Shown: in pieces, positions 55,080 to 64,000 of the stretch | Position numbering within the stretch: the first letter of the stretch is position 1 | Layout of the letters: every line of letters begins with the position of its first letter | The notes under the pieces: generated by a model | What the model was told of the DNA's origin: nothing | Seen by the model: only the letters and a program-made list of their open reading frames with translations | The model's database searches: none | Program-made: the position numbers and the translations under genes | Assembly (NCBI GenBank): GCA_964016885.1 | Contig: OZ024743.1 | Location: 125,054,001 to 125,118,000 of the forward strand | Length of the DNA: 64,000 nt | Direction: 5' to 3' | Source: Eledone cirrhosa | Taxonomy: Eukaryota

Positions 55080-55599
55080 ATATATCCTAATAATTATTTA
55101 AACTACATAGCATCTAAAAATAACGTTTATTTTCAGCCCTATACATCAACTTCATTTGCATATGCATCTTAATAATTTGAAATATTTGACTTTTCTTCTC
55201 TTTCCCTTCTTTCCTTTACTATCCAGGAAAAACTTGAACTGTTAAGTTATTCTTTCCTGGTTATGTCAATATTTATAAAACAAACTTTGTATTTTATCTG
55301 ATGAGAGCATACCAAAGTTTTGGTACCCTTGAAATATATATAATAGAATAAATATGGTTTTATAAATAGTTTCCATTTATTTAATATAATTGTATATATA
55401 TATATATTAATATATATAATGATATTAAATAAATGGAAACTATATTTATAAAACCATATTTATTCTATTATATATATTTCAAGGGTACCAAAACTTTGGT
55501 ATGCTCAAATTATTAAGATGAGTATGCAAATGAGGTTGAAGTATAGGGCTGAAAAAAACGTTATTCTTAGTTGCTATGTAGATTTAAATAATTATTAGG

Positions 55600-55605
<6 letters not shown>
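55080..55605. mobile_element. Tail-to-tail inverted pseudo-LTR pair
   Basis: ~55420-55600 is the reverse complement of 55305-55387 joined to 55085-55180, with an internal deletion that removes the ribozyme core. Confidence 0.7.
55290..55350 (+). ncRNA. Minimal type-I hammerhead ribozyme
   Basis: TATTTTAT-CTGATGA(55298)-GAGcaTACCAAAgtTTTGGTAccCTT-GAAA(55331)-TATATA-TA^-ATAGAATA. Confidence 0.78.
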
Positions 55606-55645
<40 letters not shown>

Positions 55646-55674
55646 TATATATAATATATATATAATATACATAT

Positions 55675-55709
<35 letters not shown>

Positions 55710-55764
55710 CAATACATAAACAGAGAAAGCCTTAAGCGATACTCCGACCAATTATATATATATA

Positions 55765-58700
55765 TCATCATCATCAACTTTGTTTTAACGTCCGTTTTCC
55801 ACGCTAGCATGGGTTAGACGGGAGTTGTCCCACTTGAGGCAAGGCTGGTCGGGTGACCATGTCTCCTATATGAATAGGACTATCTGGAAGGTTTTCTACG
55901 GCTGGATGCCCTTCCTAACACCAACCACATTTACAGTGTGGAACTGGGATCTTTTTACCGTGTTACCTACACAGCCACATTACAGCGTGGACTGTGTGTT
56001 TTTTTGTCGTGACACCTACACGAACTCGATCTCATTTTCTCGTGCTGTTGGTGGGAGTGGGAGGATAGGGTAGGGGTAGTAGATTGGGGTGTATATTTGG
56101 TGAAGAGGTGCCTACTACTGTAGTAGGTTTCGCTTTGTACTTAGGCAAGGCGGGTCTTCTGTATTACTGCGTAGCGCCAAAGATCTCGGTCCAGTGACAT
56201 TGTCTTGGAGAGGTGTAAATGTGTAAGGTCGGAATTTATCAGATCGTCCCAGCTTTTTCTGGGTCTACCTACTCCGTAACTTCCATCAATTTTGATCACC
56301 CTGCACTTTTTTATACAGCTGTCGTCTTTCATGTGCATCACATGACCATACCAAATTAGTCTTCTCTCGAGTAAACAGCATCTGATCCCTCTTATTCCTA
56401 ATTTCTCACTTAGTTCATTTATGCTTTGCCGTTCACGTATATTACTATTACACATCCAACGGAGCATGCATGCTTCGTTCCTTTCCAGTCTACGCAGGTC
56501 CTCTGCATGTAAGGCCCATGTCTCACTGCCATGTAGCATTGCTGTTCGTATGCAGGCATCATACAATCTGCCTTTCATTTTTAGAGAGAAACCTTTTGTG
56601 GCCAACAGCGGTATAAGCTCTCTGAAATTTTTCCATCCCGTTCTGACTCTGGCTACTGTACTTTCAGAAAACCCTCCACCACTGCTGATTTCGTCACCCA
56701 GGTAACGGAAAGTGTCTACTATTTCTATAAAACTATCGGGGCAATGGAAGGAGCTAGTATCCTTTGCACACTTGCTACTTATTGCACTCGAGCATCGGCC
56801 ACATATAAAGTCTATGTTCTGAGATAGTTTATCTGTGATCCCACTACATCTTTTATGTACCCATAGTTTGCATTTGGGACATAAAATGGAATTTCTGCCT
56901 ACACACTGAGCATGGCCATTTCCCTGAGGGCACCTGTGCCCTATTTTCCTTTCTACAAACTAGGACTTTAGTCTTAGACAAGTTAACTTTAAGGCCTTTT
57001 GATTCTAGGCCATGCTTCCATGTTTGGAATTTCTTCTCTAGTTCAGCCATTGATTCAGCTATGAGCGTTAGATCATCTGCGTATAGGAGTTCCCATGGGC
57101 AGCCGGTCTTGAACTCCTCTGTTATAGCCTGAAGAGCAATAATAAATAAGAGGGGGCTAAGGACAGAGCCTTGATGAACGCCGACTTTTACACTAAATTC
57201 TTCACAATATTCATTGTTAATTCTAACCTTACTGACTGTTTCATTATACATAGCTTGTATAGCTCTCACAAGCCATTCATCCACACCTAGTTTTCTAAGA
57301 GCCCACCAGATAATGAAGCGGGGGACTCTGTCAAAAGCTTTCTCCAGGTCTACAAAAGCTAAGTAGAGGGGTTTACTTTTAGCTAGGTACTTCTCTTGTA
57401 GTTGTCGTACAAGGAAAAGAGCGTCTGTGGTACTTTTACCTGACACAAACCCAAACTGCATTTCATCTAGATCAATTCGCTCTCTGATTAGTTGCGCTAT
57501 AACTCTTTCTGTGACCTTCATGACCTGGTCAACTAACTTAATGCCTCTATAGTTTCCCCTATCTAGAGCATCCCCTTTATCCTTGTAGCAGTTAATGATG
57601 ATGTTGCTACGCCAGTCTTTTGGTATGACCCCGTTCTGTATTACTTGGTTAACTATACAGGTGACCATAGTGTGTCCCACAATACCAGATGCCTTCTACA
57701 TCTCAGCAACTATTTCCGAAGGCCCAGCTGCCTTGCCTGTCTTCATATCTTTGATTGCCTTACTTATTATACTACCTTTAACTTGCACCGTTGGTCCTTC
57801 TATTGGATCGATTTGGGGCAGACTATCTTTTTCCCATTTATTCTCCTCATTTAATAGTCTCTCGTAGTGACACTTCCAGGCTATCTTCTTATCAGTATCA
57901 GTGAGCGCAAGTACACCATTATCATTACGGACACACTTCTCTCTGACAATATCACGGTTTTCCTTGACACATTGTCTAGCAATCCTGAACGCCTCGCGTT
58001 TTTGGTCCTCATGTTGTAGTACATGCTTGAACTTTCTATCCTCTGCTACCCTTTTTGCAAGGTACACCTGTCTCCTAGCTTCTCTCCTGTCCACTTGATA
58101 GTGCTCTCTACTTCCCCCATCCTGCCATACTTTCCAAGCCTGCTTTTTGGCCTTGATTGTCTCCTCCACCTTAGTGTTCCACCACCAAGTTACTCTCCTC
58201 CTGCCAATAGGTCTGCTCCAGCCACAGATTTCATCCGTTGCTTTCAGCAGGTTCACTTTCAAGAATTGCCACTGTTCCTCTATATTGCCCGTCTCTAATT
58301 GCTCTTCCTTATTGTCAAAGGCATCAAGTAATAAGCTTTTACATTTGTCACTGGCTATGGGGTCCTTCAACTTCCATATTCTTCTCCTCAAGGTAGGCCT
58401 CCTCTGTCGTCGAGTACGTTTATTCCTGACTATGAAGTCACTAACTACTAGGCTATGTTGGGAGGTGCATTCTTCACGGGGGAGGGATTTAGTGTTTACA
58501 ACAGACATTTTGTCCCGTCTTCTAGTAAGGATATAATCTATCTGGCTGGCGTGGTCCCCTGATTTATAGGTGATCAAGTGGTTTTCACGTTTTTTTGAAG
58601 TTTGTGTTACAGATAGTTAGGCTATTTGCGTCACAGAATTCCAGGATTCTGAAGCCATCCTCATTTCTATTTCCAACCCCATAGCCTCCATGGATTCCAT

Positions 58701-59310
58701 CATAGCCATCACTATGTTGTCCAACGTGACCGTTTAGATCACCAGCAATAATTAAGTAGTCACTGTCGGTTATTTGGGAGGTAGTGTGCATTAGCATCTC
58801 ATAGAACCTGTCCTTTATAACATCAGGTAGACCAGATTGGGGTGCATCAGCAGATATTATTGTCACAGTAGTTCTATTTAGAACTAGTCTTAATTCAATT
58901 ATTCTGTCATTCACTCTATTTACGTCAATTACCTTATCTACCCATTTTTCAGCTAACATAATTCCTACACCACACTGTCCGTTGTCATTTCCCACCCAGA
59001 AAAGTTTATAGCATCGTTTTTTACCTACGATGAATCTGGCAGACCGCCCTCTCCACCTAGTCTCTTGGAAACAACAAACATCAACTTCTTTACGTTCAAG
59101 CATCTCTACAACCTAATTTGAGTGACCTTTCAATGTGCCTACGTTCATGGTACCAACTCTGAAGTTGGGAGGGTGGGATGGATGGGTTGGAGGGGCAGGC
59201 AGGGGTGTAGGAGACGGGATTTTGTTGGTCTTCTGTGTCTGAAATAAAGAGGGGTCCTTGTATTCTCATCTTGCAGCAGGAGGTGAATTTATCTTTATCT
59301 GTGACATTGT
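55765..59310 (-). mobile_element. Near full-length RTE-clade LINE (APE endonuclease, RT, PHD-like insert), frameshifted
   Basis: VGTMNVGTL, QETRW, GDLNGH, SQIDYI; FVDLEKAFDRVP, GVHQGSVLSP, LYADD; RTE C-terminus; (GAT)n tail. Confidence 0.93.
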
Positions 59311-60007
59311 CATTGAGTGCTTAGACTTTTCAAATGTCTAAACTTAAGGAGTAGTAACAGGGGTGGTAGCTTTGCTATACTGATTTGTTAGAGAACTTAC
59401 TAAAGTCGCTGAGTTATGATTGGACCATATAGCAATGGTGGTGTGTGGGAGTGGGAGGGCGGGAAATGGGTGACTTTAGGAGAAGTTTAGTTTTTAGGAA
59501 AGATCCAGCAGATTTAGACATATTAAAAAACATAATAATTTAAAATCAGAGAGGAAAAATGGAGAATTTGAATTTTAGAGTGGTAAATAAGATTATAAAA
59601 ACACTGCTTAATTGAGGAGACTACGGAAATAAAGAAAAGACAGGTTTTGCTTACATTCTCAAAATCGACAGTTCGCCCTTAAGATAGATTAGATAGATAA
59701 ATTTTGTCGTTGGAAGCCAGCAAGATTTATTTTATACTTGCGATCAGGCGGGGGGGGGGGGGGGGGGTGAGAGAGGGAGAAAAGTGTTTACAAAGTTTGC
59801 GAGCGAGATGCAGGAAGGTTCTAGAATAATTATAGGTGACTTTAGGAAAAGTTTAGTTTTTAGGAAAGATACAACAGATTTAGACATATTAAAAAAATAT
59901 AATAATTTAAAATCAGAGAGGAAAAACATATATATATATAATTTATAATATATATATTATATATATATATAATATATAATATATATATTATATATATATA
60001 TATATAT

Positions 60008-60038
<31 letters not shown>

Positions 60039-60062
60039 ATATATATATATATATATTATATA

Positions 60063-63000
60063 TCATCATCATCATCATCATCACCGTTTTACGTCCGTTC
60101 TTCCACGCTAGCATGGGTTAGACGGGTTGTCCTGTTGTGGGCAGTGTCTGGTCGGCTGACCATGCCTTGCTCATACAGGAACTGATCTGGCTTGATTTCT
60201 ACAGCTGGATGCCCTTCCTAACACCAACCTCATTTACAGTGAGTGCTGGGTGCTTTTTCGTGGCGCCTACACGTCCACTTTACAGTGTGGGCTGGGTGCT
60301 TTTTTGCCGTGGCACCTCCACGACCACCTTGCGGTGGGGGGGGGGGGGGGCATATTGTTTATATGCTTCAGCATGTACCCATGGGAGGTCGGGTACCCTG
60401 TATTACTGCGTGACGCCAGAAGTCACGGTCGTGTGTCATTGACTTTGAGAGGTGTAGTTGGGTAAGGTCGGCTTTTATCACCTCATCCCAAGTCATCTTG
60501 GGTCTCCCCACTCCGCGGTTTCCATCAACTTCTAGTGCTCTGCACCTTTTTATGCAGCTGTCATCCTTCATACGCATCACATGTCCATACCAGCGTAACC
60601 GCCTCTCCTGCACGCAGCATTTGATTCCTCTTATGCTCAGTCTCTCTCTCAATTCATTTATGCTTTGTCGTTCACGTATATTACTGTTACACATCCATCG
60701 GAGCATGCAGGCTTCGTTTCTCTCTAATCTACGTAAGTCTTCCACCTTCAGCGCCCAGGTCTCACTACCATGCAACATCGCTGTTCGGATACACGCATCA
60801 TACAGTCTGCCTTTCATTCTGAGGGAGAAGCCTTTTGCAGCTAGCAGTGGTAGTAGTTCCCTAAACTTCTTCCATCCCGTTCTTACCCTAGTTATTGTAC
60901 TTTCTGAGCACCCACCTCCGTTGCTAATTCGGTCACCTAGGTAGCAGAAGCTGTCTACTGTTTCTCCAGGGCCCTCCCAGAGATTGGTGGTACTTGTTTC
61001 CTGTGGCTGTTTGCTTGCTGTTTCAGCACAGCTGCTGCATGTGAATCCTACATTCTTAATTAAGCTTCCTGAGATCCCGCTACATCTCTTGTGTACCCAT
61101 TGTTTGCATTTGGGGCAAAGAATGGAGTTCCTACCTACACCTTTCCTACATACTGAGCAAGGCCATTTCCCTGAGGGGATCTGGGTTCTGTTTTCTCGTC
61201 TACTTATAAGGACCTTAGTCTTTGTCATGTTGACTTTGAGGCCCTTTCTCTCTAGTCCCTGCTTCCAGGTTTGGAATTTATTCTCTAGTTCTACCATAGA
61301 TTCAGCTATGAGTGCGAGGTCATCAGCATACAGGAGTTCCCATGGGCATCCGGTCTTAAACTCCTCCGTTATTGCCTGCAGGACTATGATGAACAGGAGA
61401 GGGCTAAGAACAGAGCCCTGGTGGACCCCAACCTGTACGCTAAATTCCTCGCTATACTCATTGCCAATCCTAACTTTGCTGACTGCTCCCCTATACATGG
61501 CTTGTACCGCTTTCACAAGCCATTCATCTACTCCTAGTTTTCTAAGAGCCCACCAGATTACTGCACGTGGAACTCTGTCAAAGGCTTTCTCAAGGTCGAC
61601 AAATGCCAAGTAGAGTGGCTTACTTTTAGCTAGGTACTTTTCCTGTAATTGCCTCACAAGGAAGAGCGCATCAGTGGTGCCTTTCCCTGGAACAAACCCA
61701 AATTGCATCTCGTCTATATTCACCCGGTCCCTAATCAGCTGTGCTATAACTCTTTCTGTTACTTTCATGACCTGGTCCATCAACTTTATACCTCTATAGT
61801 TTCCTCTATCTAGTGCATCGCCTTTACCTTTGTAGCAGTTGACAATGATGCTACTGCACCAATCTTTTGGTATGGCCCCCTCTAGTATTACCTGGTTAAC
61901 GATACGTGTGGTTATAGTGTGACCTACAGACCCAGATGCCTTCAGCATCTCGGCAGCTATACCCGATGGACCGGTTGCCTTCCCTATCTTCATATCTCTG
62001 ATTGCCTTACTTACTACGCTGCCGCTGACTTGTACTGCTGGTCCCTCTATAGGGTCTACGTGGGGTAGGGTCTCTTCTTCCCATGCATTCTCCTCATTTA
62101 GTAATCTATCATAATGACTCTTCCATGCATCTTTCTTCTCAGCACTTGTGAGGGCAAGCTCACCTTTATCATTCCGGATACACTTCTCTCCAATGACATC
62201 ACAACTATCTCTGACACACTGCCTCGCAATCTTGAATACCTCCTGTTTCTGGTCCTCACGTTGTAAAACATGCTTGAATTTTCTATCCTCTGCTTCCCTC
62301 CTAGCTAAGTATACTTGTCGCCTAGCTTCCCTCTTGGTCTCTATGTAATGTACCCTGCTCCCCCCGTTCTTCCATTCTTTCCATGCCTGTCTCTTGGCCT
62401 TGACTGCTTCATCTACTTTATTGTTCCACCACCAAGTCACTCTCCTCCTGCTTGAGGTCTTACTCCAGCCACAAACCTCATCCGTCGCCTCTAGTAAGTT
62501 ATTTTTTAGGAACTCCCAGTTCTCTTCTACGTTAAATGTCTCTATCTGTTCTTCTTTACTGTCGTAGGCGTTGAGTAAAATATCTTTAAATCTGTTACTG
62601 GTTGAGGGGACTTTCAGCTTCCAGATCTTTCTTCTCCAGGTTGGCCTCTGTTTCAGGGCTCGTCTAGTTCTGACCGTGAGGTCGCTGACAACTAAGCTAT
62701 GTTGGGATGTACATTCCTCACTAGGAAGGCTTTTGTGTTACGACCGTCCATCTGTCACGTCCTCTGATGAGAATAAAATCTAACTGACTAGAGTGCTCCC
62801 CTGATCTATAGGTGATCAGGTGGTTGTCGGGTTTTTTAAAGTTTGTGTTACATATCGACATGTCATTGGCGTCGCAGAATTCTAGAAGTCTGAATCCTTC
62901 CTCATTCCTTGTGCCAACTCCATGGCCTCCATGTACTCTATTGAAGCCGTCGCAGTGTTTACCTACGTGTCCGTTAAAATCTCCTGCAATGATTAGGAAG

Positions 63001-63131
63001 TCCTTGTCGTCTGTTAGAGCAGTAGTGTGTATTAGGGACTCGTAAAACCTATCCTTAAGTTCGTCTGGCAGCCCCGATTGGGGTGCGTAAGCTGATATTA
63101 TTGTGGTAATTGTCTTATTCAGGACTAGTCT
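60063..63131 (-). mobile_element. Second RTE LINE (diverged subfamily), 5'-truncated, with a long open RT region
   Basis: 690-aa ORF 60368-62440 with RT motifs and CSVC..CPKC..H..C..CSSC; APE fragment 62721-63131; (GAT)n tail. Confidence 0.95.
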
Positions 63132-63149
63132 GAATATATATATATATAT

Positions 63150-63609
63150 ATGTAGGAGGTGAGTTTTATTGTAGTACAATAAAGCAATGCAGATATCGGA
63201 TAAGAAGCACTCTACAGTTTGTGGGACTGGAGTATGCATAATATAAGATCAAAAGATGGTTAAAGGAGTTCCATATATTTTATTATGCGCATTTCAAAAA
63301 CAAACATCATCAAGCAATAATATTTGTGTTATATATATTATATGTAGGAGGTGAGTTTTATTGTAGTACAATAAAGCAATGCAGATATCGGATAAGAAGC
63401 ACTCTACAGTTTGTGGGACTGGAGTATGCATAATATAAGATCAAAAGATGGTTAAAGGAGTTCCATATATTTTATTATGCGCATTCAAAAACAAACATCA
63501 TCAAGCAATAATATTTGTGTTTTCATCAGATAAAACAGGAGAACATGATATGAAGGCTAAAAAACACTTGTGGATAGTGCAGTTATATATGTTGATTTAA
63601 AACTGCAAT

Positions 63610-63610
<1 letters not shown>
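63150..63610 (-). mobile_element. Tandemly duplicated pseudo-LTR-like element with a damaged hammerhead
   Basis: 63150-63331 is repeated at 63342-63520; minus strand TGTTTTAT-CTGATGA-stem II-GAA(A)TGCGCATA-ATAAAATA. Confidence 0.7.

Positions 63611-64000
<390 letters not shown>

Overview
AT-rich, microsatellite-dense eukaryotic genomic DNA. The SINE and LINE repertoire points to an octopod cephalopod (inference). Three host genes can be reconstructed from splice sites and reading frames. (1) The last coding exon of a cyclophilin-type PPIase on + (2225-2386). (2) A complete secreted cyclophilin B/C-like gene on - (TATA/Inr at ~31860-31890, a 5'UTR exon, four coding exons 30990->19215, 217 aa), lying tail-to-tail with the first. 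(3) The last four coding exons of a failed-axon-connections (FAXC/metaxin-GST-like) gene on - (52621->44812). The rest is mobile DNA: Penelope-like elements (PLEs), RTE, Tx1/L1-like and R4/Dong LINEs, mariner, hAT, piggyBac- and pogo-type MITEs, Helitron ends, and many Nin/Deu-domain tRNA-derived SINEs, some in tandem arrays. The most striking unannotated signal is a set of about ten type-I hammerhead ribozyme motifs from several different sequence families. They sit in short non-coding elements inserted into (TA)n tracts as head-to-head inverted, sometimes circularly permuted pairs. Copies in sense orientation to host transcripts appear disabled, while most antisense or intergenic copies are intact. 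All structures were read by eye; none was computed or database-checked.
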